Shown here: in pieces, positions 1 to 8,664 of the stretch
Layout of the letters: each line of letters opens with the position of its first letter
Position numbering within the stretch: the first letter of the stretch is position 1
Notes under the pieces: model-generated
The model's input: the letters and a program-made list of their open reading frames with translations, nothing else
Told to the model about the DNA's origin: nothing
The model's database searches: none
Source: Campylobacteraceae bacterium
GTDB taxonomy: Bacteria; Campylobacterota; Campylobacteria; Campylobacterales; JALSKU01
Direction of reading: 5' to 3'
Length of the DNA: 64,000 bases
NCBI GenBank assembly: GCA_026993075.1
Contig: JALWUQ010000034.1
Span: 275-64,274, forward strand
Translations under genes and position numbers: made by a program

Positions 1-1902
1 ATAGAAAAGAATATCTTTTCTTTTTGGCAAAATAAAAATGATGCACTCAAGCACCGAAAATCATATATAAAACATTTAGTACCCATTAAAAGTACGGCAT
101 ATCCATTTTTACATAAAAACGGAAGTACTGTTATACTTGATTTTAATGTAACTCCGATAATAGATAAGAATGGGGAGTTAGCAGGTAGCATCAGCATAGC
201 AAAAGATATGACCGAATTTAATAAAGCCCAATCATCTTTAAAACTGTACAAAGACATTATAGAACAAATTAGTGATGGTGTAACGATAACAAATAAATAC
301 AATAAGATAATAGATGTAAATCAAGCTTTTTGTGATATCACAAAGTATACCAAAGATGAAGCCATAGGAAATGATCCAAAAATCTTAAATTCAGGAATAC
401 ATAGCACCGAATTTTATAAAAATATGTGGGAAAGTATAGATAAAAAAGGATCTTGGAGTGGAGAAATATGGAATAAACACAAAGATAACGGTATTTACCC
501 GGAATTTATCACTATAAATGCAATAAAAGATAGGAATAATAATATTCAAAATTATGTCGCAATATTTCATGATATAAGCATGATAAAAGAAAATGAGGCA
601 AAAATACAGCATTTAGCAACACATGATTTATTAACTTCACTTCCAAATAGAGCAATGCTTTCAACAACTTTAAAAAATGCTATTCAAGATGCAAAAAGAT
701 TAGGTAACAAGATAGCAATTTTATTTTTAGATTTGGATAATTTTAAAACTATAAATGATACCAAAGGACATAACGAAGGTGATAAAATCCTTATCAGTGC
801 TACTTCAAGACTACAAGCTGCTTTAAGAAAAAATGATAAAGTTTTTAGATTTGGAGGAGATGAATTTATCATCATCTCAAAACTCATAAAAGATACCAAA
901 GATATAGCAAATATTGCAAAAAAGATCAGTGCATCCATTAAAAAACCATTTAAAACTAAAAAAAGCACTTACAATATAAGTTGCAGTATCGGGATATCTG
1001 TATATCCAGATGATGGACACAGTTCGACAGAACTAATAAAAAAAGCTGATATGGCAATGTATGAAGCTAAAAATAGTGGCAAAAGCAAATATAATTTTTA
1101 CTCTAAGGATATAGGCTTAAAAGTTGAAAAAGAGATACAAATTGAGAATTTATTACAAAAAGCAATAAGAACAAATCAATTTGAAGTTTATTATCAACCA
1201 AAAATCTCTTTATCTAATGGTAAAATAGTAGGAATGGAAGCTCTTATGAGATGGAATAACCCACAAATGGGAATTGTTTCTCCAAGTATATTTATCCCAG
1301 TTGCTGAAAGAACAGGACTTATTGCACCGCTTGGAAAATGGATACTTCAAACAGCTTGCAAACAGATAAAAATATGGCAGGATATGAATTTATACCAAGG
1401 TAATATTTCAGTTAATATTTCAGGGGTTCAATTAAACTCACAAAATATATTCAAAACCATACAAGATACACTTTTAAAAAATAATCTTGATGCCAAATAT
1501 TTAAATTTGGAATTAACAGAATCTACTCTTATGAACAATAAAAATAATTGGAAAAATTTTTTTCATCAATGCAAAGAACTTGGTTCAACAATATCTATAG
1601 ATGATTTTGGCACAGGATATTCTTCTTTGGCATATTTAACAAAATTACCTATTGATGAGCTTAAAATAGATAAATCTTTTATAGATGATATCCCCTATAA
1701 ACCTGATGCTTGCACGATAGTCAAAGCAGTTATAACACTATCAAAAAATTTAGGTTTCAAAACCGTTGCAGAGGGAGTTGAAACCAAAGAGCAAAATGAT
1801 TATCTAAAAGATAATGGATGTGATATAATCCAAGGCTATTTTTACAGTAAGCCACTACCTATGAATAAAATGGAAAAATATCTAATAAGTTTTAAACATT
1901 AA
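1..1902 (+). CDS. PAS-GGDEF-EAL c-di-GMP signalling protein, 5'-truncated by the window edge
   Basis: Frame 1 is open from base 1 with no stop before the ATG at 208. The upstream residues (..ILDFNVTPIIDKNGELAGSISIAKD) look like the end of another PAS fold. The ORF has a PAS region, GGDEF (RFGGDEFII) and EAL (MEALMRW, DDFGTGYSSL, QGYFYSKP). Confidence 0.85.
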   Translation: MEKNIFSFWQNKNDALKHRKSYIKHLVPIKSTAYPFLHKNGSTVILDFNVTPIIDKNGELAGSISIAKDMTEFNKAQSSLKLYKDIIEQISDGVTITNKYNKIIDVNQAFCDITKYTKDEAIGNDPKILNSGIHSTEFYKNMWESIDKKGSWSGEIWNKHKDNGIYPEFITINAIKDRNNNIQNYVAIFHDISMIKENEAKIQHLATHDLLTSLPNRAMLSTTLKNAIQDAKRLGNKIAILFLDLDNFKTINDTKGHNEGDKILISATSRLQAALRKNDKVFRFGGDEFIIISKLIKDTKDIANIAKKISASIKKPFKTKKSTYNISCSIGISVYPDDGHSSTELIKKADMAMYEAKNSGKSKYNFYSKDIGLKVEKEIQIENLLQKAIRTNQFEVYYQPKISLSNGKIVGMEALMRWNNPQMGIVSPSIFIPVAERTGLIAPLGKWILQTACKQIKIWQDMNLYQGNISVNISGVQLNSQNIFKTIQDTLLKNNLDAKYLNLELTESTLMNNKNNWKNFFHQCKELGSTISIDDFGTGYSSLAYLTKLPIDELKIDKSFIDDIPYKPDACTIVKAVITLSKNLGFKTVAEGVETKEQNDYLKDNGCDIIQGYFYSKPLPMNKMEKYLISFKH

Positions 1903-1904
1903 AG

Positions 1905-1981
1905 TGGTGTCCCAAGCGAGATTCGAACTCACGACCTCTTGATTAGGAATCAAGTGCTCTATCCTGCTGAGCTATTGGGAC
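1905..1981 (-). tRNA. tRNA-Arg (anticodon CCU)
   Basis: The reverse complement folds as a cloverleaf: GTCCCAA/TTGGGAC acceptor, GCTC..GAGC D arm, CTTGA-TTCCTAA-TCAAG anticodon arm, GTTCGAATC T loop, encoded CCA. Confidence 0.9.
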
Positions 1982-2166
1982 AAGGAAGATTTTGAGATGA
2001 CATTATACAACATAAAGTGATCTAAATCAATACTGTATCACAACAAGTCTAAAAAAATAAAAATATACAATAAAGAGAAAAAACTTGTAAAAGATAGGTT
2101 TTGTCCATGTTTAGAATAAATGCCATAGTTTTTTAAGCAATTTTAGTGTAAAATACCATTTTTCGT

Positions 2167-2243
2167 ACGCCCATAGCTCAGCTGGATAGAGCATTTGATT
2201 GCGGTTCAAAAGGTCGGAGGTTCAAATCCTCTTGGGCGTGCCA
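2167..2243 (+). tRNA. tRNA-Arg (anticodon read as GCG)
   Basis: ACGCCCA/TGGGCGT acceptor, GCTC-AGCTGGATA-GAGC D arm (A20), TTTGA-TTGCGGT-TCAAA anticodon arm, GGAGG-TTCAAAT-CCTCT T arm, encoded CCA. The body resembles bacterial tRNA-Arg(ACG). Confidence 0.85.
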
Positions 2244-2259
2244 TACCTTAAGGATAAGT

Positions 2260-3204
2260 ATGAAAGCTGTAGTTTTGCTAAACATGGGTGGTCCTAATAA
2301 CCTTGATGAAGTTAGCCTATTCTTAAAAAATATGTTTAATGATGAAAACATCATAACAACAAAAAGCAAAATTCTAAGAAAATTTATAGCTTTTATGATT
2401 ACAACTTTAAGAACAAAAAAAGCAAAAGAAAATTATAGCCTCTTAGGTGGCAAATCTCCAATAACAGAATATACCGTAAAATTAGTAAGAAAATTACAAC
2501 AAAAATGTCCAGATATTTACATAACATTTGCTATGAAATACACTCCTTTATTTAGCAAACAAGTTATCCTGGATTTAAAAGATAAAAATATTAAAAAAGT
2601 TTTACTTATCCCACTTTATCCACATTTTTCAACTACAACAACCAAATCATCACTGGAAGATTTTATAATTACTGCAAAAAAATTATATCAAGATTTAGAT
2701 ATACAATTCATTCAGAGATTTTACAAAGAAGAGTTATACAATAAAGCAATTTTGCAACAAATTTCGCAAACTATGAAAAAAGAAAAGCCTGAAAAATATG
2801 ATCTTATTTTTTCCGCCCACTCTTTGCCCCAAAAGATTATAGACAAAGGAGACAGCTATCAAAAAGAGATTATAGATAATGTCAATATTTTAAAACAAAT
2901 GCTTCAATCACAAAATATCAATTTCAATAAAATACATTTGGCATATCAGTCAAAATTAGGTCCAATTAAATGGCTTGGTCCTTCGTTGGAGGACAAATTA
3001 AAAAGTATAGAAAATAAAAATGTCATAATATATCCATTGTCTTTTATAATCGATAATTCTGAAACAGAGTATGAACTTGATATTGAGTATAGAAAAATAT
3101 CTCAAGATTTAAATTTTGATAATTATAAAATAGTAAAATGTTTAAATGATAATAATACTTTTATAACATTTTTAGAACATCTTATATATAATAAGGCAAA
3201 TTAA
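2260..3204 (+). CDS. hemH: ferrochelatase
   Basis: 314 aa. The N-terminus MKAVVLLNMGGPNNLDEV..FLKNMFND and the length are typical of HemH. AAGGA RBS; the start lies 16 nt after the tRNA. Confidence 0.85.
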   Translation: MKAVVLLNMGGPNNLDEVSLFLKNMFNDENIITTKSKILRKFIAFMITTLRTKKAKENYSLLGGKSPITEYTVKLVRKLQQKCPDIYITFAMKYTPLFSKQVILDLKDKNIKKVLLIPLYPHFSTTTTKSSLEDFIITAKKLYQDLDIQFIQRFYKEELYNKAILQQISQTMKKEKPEKYDLIFSAHSLPQKIIDKGDSYQKEIIDNVNILKQMLQSQNINFNKIHLAYQSKLGPIKWLGPSLEDKLKSIENKNVIIYPLSFIIDNSETEYELDIEYRKISQDLNFDNYKIVKCLNDNNTFITFLEHLIYNKAN

Positions 3205-3227
3205 ATAAATATTTAAGGATATATACT

Positions 3228-3818
3228 GTGAATGATTTTATGCTTAAGCGGAGACAATCTCCTCCAAGACCTACACCAATTGATTCTGAAATTATTTTAA
3301 ATAAAAAAGATTTTATAGTTTCAAGAACTGATTTAAAAGGTTATATTATTTATGCGAATGATTATTTTATTGAAATAAGTGCTTATTCAAAAGATGAGCT
3401 GATGGGAGTAAACCATAATATCATTAGACACCCAGATATGCCAAAACTTATCTTTAAAGTTTTATGGGATAGGATAAAAGCAGGTGAAAAAGTCTTTGCC
3501 TTTGTAAAAAACTTAAGAAAAGATGGAAAATTTTACTGGGTTTTAGCTGAAGTAGAGCCTGCAAGAAAAGGTGGAGAGATCATTGGGTATTACTCATTTA
3601 GAGTCAGAGCTCCCAGATTTGCATTAAAAGAAATTTCAAAAGTTTACAAACAACTTTTAGATGCTGAAAAATTAGGTGGTATGAAAGCTTCTCAAGAATT
3701 ACTTGATAATTTTCTAAAAAGTAAAAAACTTACTTATGATGAATATATTCAAAAATTATTTAAAAGAGGTTTTGGTTTTGGAGGATTCTTAAGAGGTTTT
3801 GGAAGTGTATTTAAATAG
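3228..3818 (+). CDS. stand-alone Aer/CetB-type PAS (probable FAD-binding) sensor protein
   Basis: 196 aa, GTG start. IVSRTDLKGYIIYANDYF..NHNIIRHPDMP..FYWV matches the Aer-type PAS signature (N-x-x-RHPDMP). There is no MCP signalling domain. Confidence 0.7.
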   Translation: MNDFMLKRRQSPPRPTPIDSEIILNKKDFIVSRTDLKGYIIYANDYFIEISAYSKDELMGVNHNIIRHPDMPKLIFKVLWDRIKAGEKVFAFVKNLRKDGKFYWVLAEVEPARKGGEIIGYYSFRVRAPRFALKEISKVYKQLLDAEKLGGMKASQELLDNFLKSKKLTYDEYIQKLFKRGFGFGGFLRGFGSVFK

Positions 3819-3822
3819 CTTA

Positions 3823-5589
3823 TCACTTCTTTTCTACTTTCAAATATCCCTCCTCAACCAACTCTTCAACAATTCTTCTAAACACAGGAACTGCAGTTTG
3901 TGAAGCATAATAATAATACTTTTTAGTTGGCCTCCTCACTAAAACTCCTATGGTGTAGTGATGAGTTTTATCATTTGCAAATCCATAAAACGAACTATTG
4001 TAAAAATTGGTATATTTTCCATGCTCTGCTATATGTGAAGTACCTGTTTTTCCACCTATTTGCAAACCATTTATATCTGTAGCCGTTCCTGTGCCTTTTC
4101 GTACTGTTTTTATTAGGATTTGTTTCATTCTTCTTGCTACTTCTATTGGGATTATTTGCTTATATCTTGAAGTATCTATAAAATATTTTCTACCGTAAGC
4201 ATCCTGATAATAATTTAAAATAGTTGGTTTTACAGCTCTGCCGTTATTGTTAAAAATATTATATATTTTTAAAAGCTGCATAAATGTTGCCTCTATGCCA
4301 TATCCATAGGCAGTAACCGCTTTATAAATCTCACTTTTTAATTCATAAATCTTTGGAATAACTCCAGTCCTCTCATAAGGAAGGTCGATACCGGTTTTTT
4401 TAGTAAAACCAAACTTTTTCAACCCATTATAATAATCTACATAATTTAATCTTTGAGCAAGTTGAGAAATCCCAACATTGCTTGAATGCACTATAACATC
4501 TTCTGCACTAAGCCATTCAAACTTATGAGAATCCCTTATGATCTTTTTGCCTATCCTGTACTTACCTCCATAAATACGGACTAATTCATAAGGATTTACC
4601 TTATGCTCCTCCAACAAAAGTGAAAATATAACAGGCTTCAAAACAGATCCTGGTTCATAAGGAAACTCGGTAGCAGTTATATTTAGGTTATCATATTGAC
4701 TCTTTTTTATATGAGAGGGATTATATCTGTTTGATGATGCAAGCATTAAAATCTTACCTGTTTTGCTATCCATGACTGAGGCGACAATTTCTTTTGCTTT
4801 TAATTTTTTTTTGTAATTATCCAAAATATTTTCTACTATTTTTTGTAACTTTAAAGATATGTTTAGGTGCAAGTTAGAACCATCAATTCTTGTAACAATT
4901 TTACTGTATCCATTCAATATAATATTTCCTGCTATATCTTTACTACCTTCTATAATGCCGTCTTGAACAGGATTTAGTATCTTGTTGTACTCTTTTTCTA
5001 GACCATTAACGCCATATACTTTAGTCATCCTGTTTTTCTCATATTTTCTCACATAACCAATAACCGGAGTTAATGTATCTTTATACGGATAGACTCTATA
5101 CTCCCCACTTTCTACTATATTAAGACCATGCAAAAAGGTAATACCTGTTTTTTTATTTTCATAAGATACAAAAACACCAAGTCTATATAATTTTCTGGCT
5201 AATTCTCTTAAGTGATATGCACTAATAGCATCAATTTTATATGAAAGAACGACTGTTCCAAAGTATGATTTGATACTTCGTTTGATATCTTTAATCTTTT
5301 CACCACTATAAAGTGAGTACAATTTTAAAAATAATTCTCTTTTATTTGGATTAATATTTCTAGTATCTACCACTGCTTTATAGAGTTTTTTACTGGTTGC
5401 AACAGTATAATTATGCGCACTTATTATGTTACCTCTTAATGCACTGTCTATATCTTTATTGTATAATCTTGGAAGTCTTCTATCTATCTGTGCCCAGTAT
5501 AAAAGTGTAGCGATAAAAATCAAAAATCCAAGTAAAAGAAGAAAAAAAAGAAAAGGAATCTTGGCATTTTTTTGTTCGTATTTTTGCAT
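3823..5589 (-). CDS. mrdA: penicillin-binding protein 2 (class B transpeptidase)
   Basis: 588 aa with an N-terminal TM segment. Motifs: SxxK (GSVLKP), SxN (HSSNVG), KTGT (GGKTGTS). It lies 16 nt downstream of fliE. Confidence 0.8.
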   Translation of the reverse strand: MQKYEQKNAKIPFLFFLLLLGFLIFIATLLYWAQIDRRLPRLYNKDIDSALRGNIISAHNYTVATSKKLYKAVVDTRNINPNKRELFLKLYSLYSGEKIKDIKRSIKSYFGTVVLSYKIDAISAYHLRELARKLYRLGVFVSYENKKTGITFLHGLNIVESGEYRVYPYKDTLTPVIGYVRKYEKNRMTKVYGVNGLEKEYNKILNPVQDGIIEGSKDIAGNIILNGYSKIVTRIDGSNLHLNISLKLQKIVENILDNYKKKLKAKEIVASVMDSKTGKILMLASSNRYNPSHIKKSQYDNLNITATEFPYEPGSVLKPVIFSLLLEEHKVNPYELVRIYGGKYRIGKKIIRDSHKFEWLSAEDVIVHSSNVGISQLAQRLNYVDYYNGLKKFGFTKKTGIDLPYERTGVIPKIYELKSEIYKAVTAYGYGIEATFMQLLKIYNIFNNNGRAVKPTILNYYQDAYGRKYFIDTSRYKQIIPIEVARRMKQILIKTVRKGTGTATDINGLQIGGKTGTSHIAEHGKYTNFYNSSFYGFANDKTHHYTIGVLVRRPTKKYYYYASQTAVPVFRRIVEELVEEGYLKVEKK

Positions 5590-5605
5590 AAATTAATATT
5601 TATGT

Positions 5606-5902
5606 TTACATTTGTGTTCTTGAAAGTTCTTTGTAGGCATTTAGAGCTTTATTTCGCACTTCCAACATGAGCTTCATACTTAACTCTGCCTTATCTATTG
5701 CGATAGCTGCTTGATGCAAGTCTTTTATGTTTCCGGTTGCAATATCACTCATCGCTTTATCACTTGTTTTTTGCAGATCATTTACTTCGCCGATAGTTTT
5801 ATTAAGTATTGATGAAAAATTATCATTATCTTTTTTGGAATCTTTTACACTATTTTGTAAATTTGACAATTTATTGATATTATTTATTGATGCACTCATC
5901 AC
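5606..5902 (-). CDS. fliE: flagellar hook-basal body protein FliE
   Basis: 98 aa. The size, the C-terminal ..LMLEVRNKALNAYKEL motif and the position after flgB-flgC fit FliE. Confidence 0.85.
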   Translation of the reverse strand: MMSASINNINKLSNLQNSVKDSKKDNDNFSSILNKTIGEVNDLQKTSDKAMSDIATGNIKDLHQAAIAIDKAELSMKLMLEVRNKALNAYKELSRTQM

Positions 5903-5909
5903 AAGTCTC

Positions 5910-6404
5910 CTATCCTCTCAATATACCTATAGCACTTTGTGCCATAGCTTTAGAACTTTGAAAAGCTGCTACATTTGCCTGATAGGCTCTTGTTGCTTCT
6001 ATAAGATCTGCCATTTCTATAACCGGATTTACATTTGGATATGCAACATAACCATTTTTATCGGCATCAGGATTTGATGGATCATATTTCATTTTAAAAG
6101 GCGAATCATCTCTTACAACTTTATCAACTTTGACGCTCATTATAGCAGGATTTGCCTTTTCTGACAAGTTTGAAATATCAAGTGAGCTTGAATCATTTAA
6201 AAAACTATTATTTTTATCTATTTGTTCATTTAGTGCTTTATCAAAATTTATAGCTTTAAATATAACTTCTCTTCGTCTATATGGTCCACCTTCACTCGTT
6301 CTTGTTGTATTTGCATTTGCAATGTTTGAGCTTATAAGATTTATTCTAAATCTTTCAGCAGAAAGCCCATGACCACTTATATCAAAGCCACTTAAAAATG
6401 ACAT
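5910..6404 (-). CDS. flgC: flagellar basal-body rod protein FlgC
   Basis: 164 aa. N-terminal SGHGLSAERFRINLISSNIANANTT and C-terminal EMADLIEATRAYQANV rod-protein motifs. Confidence 0.9.
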   Translation of the reverse strand: MSFLSGFDISGHGLSAERFRINLISSNIANANTTRTSEGGPYRRREVIFKAINFDKALNEQIDKNNSFLNDSSSLDISNLSEKANPAIMSVKVDKVVRDDSPFKMKYDPSNPDADKNGYVAYPNVNPVIEMADLIEATRAYQANVAAFQSSKAMAQSAIGILRG

Positions 6405-6413
6405 TATTCTCTC

Positions 6414-6845
6414 CTATACTTTAGAAGAAGCATCTATAACACTTCTAAAAATAGCTGAATCTTTTTTTAATGCAGCTGTAATAGCATCATACATTATTGT
6501 ATTTTTTGCCAATTCTGTTGTTTCCACATCTAAATCTACTGTATTTCCATCATTTCTTGCATCTTGCCCATTTCTAAAAAAAACTGTTGCCTTTTGTGAA
6601 TTATCATCTTGCAAAGAGCCTAAATCTCTTGGATTTGTTCTTGCAAGTTTTAACTTATCATTTGTATTTGAACTGTATAGTTTGTTTGCTTCAAGCTGTA
6701 ATGCATGCTCAAAGTCAATATCTCTTGATTTGTAATTAGGTGTATCTATGTTTGCTATATTACTTGAAATCATATCTGCTCTTAATGATCTATAGTTTAA
6801 TGCTTTTTCCATGATATTGAATGATTTGCTAATTTCAAATGACAT
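6414..6845 (-). CDS. flgB: flagellar basal-body rod protein FlgB
   Basis: 143 aa. SSNIANIDTPNYK motif; first gene of flgB-flgC-fliE. Confidence 0.9.
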   Translation of the reverse strand: MSFEISKSFNIMEKALNYRSLRADMISSNIANIDTPNYKSRDIDFEHALQLEANKLYSSNTNDKLKLARTNPRDLGSLQDDNSQKATVFFRNGQDARNDGNTVDLDVETTELAKNTIMYDAITAALKKDSAIFRSVIDASSKV

Positions 6846-6876
6846 TTAAAACCTTTCAAATTTACTATTGATATAT

Positions 6877-6894
6877 AAGCAATATTTGTTCCAA
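6877..6894 (-). promoter_or_regulatory. sigma54 (RpoN) -24/-12 promoter of flgB
   Basis: The minus strand reads TTGGAAC-AAATA-TTGCTT (GG-N10-GC). The -12 element lies about 32 nt upstream of the flgB ATG. Confidence 0.75.
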
Positions 6895-6901
6895 AAAAAA
6901 A

Positions 6902-6910
6902 TGATATAAT
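6902..6910 (+). promoter_or_regulatory. extended -10 box (TGATATAAT) for the 6936 gene
   Basis: TGnTATAAT lies 26 nt upstream of the GTG start. AAGGAG RBS at 6923-6928. Confidence 0.45.
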
Positions 6911-6935
6911 AACAACTTTTATAAGGAGTCTTAGA

Positions 6936-7496
6936 GTGAGAAAAACAATTTTATTAATTTTTATAATATCTAATTTACTGTATCTACAAGCAGATATGAT
7001 TTCTGGTATAAATATAAAAAATAATATACAAATACAAAAAGAAAAATTATATTTAAATGGTGCGGGTATGAGATCTATACTCTTTTTTGATTTGTATATA
7101 GGTGCTCTTTATCTTAAAAGCAATTTAGATAATGCAAAAGATATCATCCTTTTAAAAAAACCTATGGATATAAGAATGTATATAACTTCATCATTGGTAT
7201 TCAGCGGTAAGTTAAAAAGTGGTTTCAAGGAAGCATTTGAAAAATCAAAAGAATCGGGATTTAGCACTAAAAAAAGTAAAATAAATAGATTTTTAAACTC
7301 ATTTGATGCAAAAATACAAAAAAAAGATATTTTTGACTTCTTATATCTACCTAAAACAGGTGTCACAATATACAAAAACGGCACACTATTGCGAACTGTA
7401 AAAGGTTATAATTTCAAAAAAGCACTTTTTGGTATATGGCTTGGTAAATATCCCGCTCAAGAAAGTTTAAAAGAAAAAATGTTAGGCAGGCAATAA
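6936..7496 (+). CDS. secreted chalcone-isomerase-like family protein
   Basis: 186 aa with a signal peptide. LNGAGMRSILFFDLYIGALYLKS is typical of the bacterial chalcone isomerase-like family. Confidence 0.55.
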   Translation: MRKTILLIFIISNLLYLQADMISGINIKNNIQIQKEKLYLNGAGMRSILFFDLYIGALYLKSNLDNAKDIILLKKPMDIRMYITSSLVFSGKLKSGFKEAFEKSKESGFSTKKSKINRFLNSFDAKIQKKDIFDFLYLPKTGVTIYKNGTLLRTVKGYNFKKALFGIWLGKYPAQESLKEKMLGRQ

Positions 7497-7499
7497 AAA

Positions 7500-8663
7500 T
7501 TGCATACAGACAAACCGCTATTTTTACTTGTTGTATTTATGATAGGTGTCGCTATAATATTTTCACTCTCTTTGTCATCATTTACTATACTTAGGTATGG
7601 ATACAATGAATTTCATTACCTAATCAGAGAATTTCTTGTAGGAGTCTTATCAATACTTGTAATGTGGTCACTTTCCAGACTAAATCCCGACAAGTACTTT
7701 AACACCATAGGCTTTAGCATATTTTTTATATCACTAATTCTAATGGGGGTAATGCACTTCTTGCCAAGCAGCTATGTTACAGCAGCAGGAGGCGCTAAAA
7801 GATGGATAAGACTACCTGGCTTTTCACTCTCTCCTGTAGAATTTTTTAAAATTGGGTTTGTTTACTTTTTGTCTTGGAGTTTTGCCAGGAAACTAAATGA
7901 GGATAAAAAAAGTTTGAAAGAAGAATTAAAATTAATATTACCTTATGTAGGAGTATTTTTAGTTGCAGTCTATCTTATAGCTATATTACAAAATGATTTA
8001 GGTCAAGTAGTAGTCTTGGCACTAACTTTGGCGATAATGGCTTTTTTTGCAGGAACCAGTGCTAAACTTTTTATACTTACCATCTTTGGGAGTTTTATTG
8101 TAGCAACAATCGCAATCGTAACCTCCACACACAGAATAATAAGAATAAAAACCTGGTGGGCAACGATACAAAACATGGTTTTATCACTTTTTCCAGATAG
8201 TATTGCAAATATGCTAAGAGTTAAAAATGCACCTGAACCTTATCAAATATCCCACTCCTTAAATGCTATAAAGCATGGAGGACTTTTTGGTACAGGTCTT
8301 GGTAGCGGTACTTTTAAACTTGGATTTTTGAGTGAAGTACATACTGACTTTGTACTCGCCGGAATGTCTGAAGAAATAGGTGCAATAGGTGTTATAGTGG
8401 TAACTCTATGCATTATTGCGATAATATATAGAATATTTAAAATTGCAAATAGAAGCAAAGATAAAGTCAACTATCTTTTTTCTCTTGGAATTGGGCTTTT
8501 AATAACTTTTTCATTTTTAATCAACTCATACGGTATTACTTCTATCATACCAATGAAAGGAATCGCCGTTCCGTTTTTAAGCTATGGAGGAAGCTCAATG
8601 TTAGCTTCAAGTATCGGCGTTGGATTGGTTCTTATGATAAGTAAAAAAGCAGATTTGAGATAA
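7500..8663 (+). CDS. ftsW: SEDS-family peptidoglycan polymerase (FtsW/RodA)
   Basis: 387 aa, polytopic, TTG start. It contains the C-terminal GIAVPFLSYGGSSML SEDS motif and is followed directly by murG. Confidence 0.75.
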   Translation: MHTDKPLFLLVVFMIGVAIIFSLSLSSFTILRYGYNEFHYLIREFLVGVLSILVMWSLSRLNPDKYFNTIGFSIFFISLILMGVMHFLPSSYVTAAGGAKRWIRLPGFSLSPVEFFKIGFVYFLSWSFARKLNEDKKSLKEELKLILPYVGVFLVAVYLIAILQNDLGQVVVLALTLAIMAFFAGTSAKLFILTIFGSFIVATIAIVTSTHRIIRIKTWWATIQNMVLSLFPDSIANMLRVKNAPEPYQISHSLNAIKHGGLFGTGLGSGTFKLGFLSEVHTDFVLAGMSEEIGAIGVIVVTLCIIAIIYRIFKIANRSKDKVNYLFSLGIGLLITFSFLINSYGITSIIPMKGIAVPFLSYGGSSMLASSIGVGLVLMISKKADLR

Positions 8664-8664
8664 A

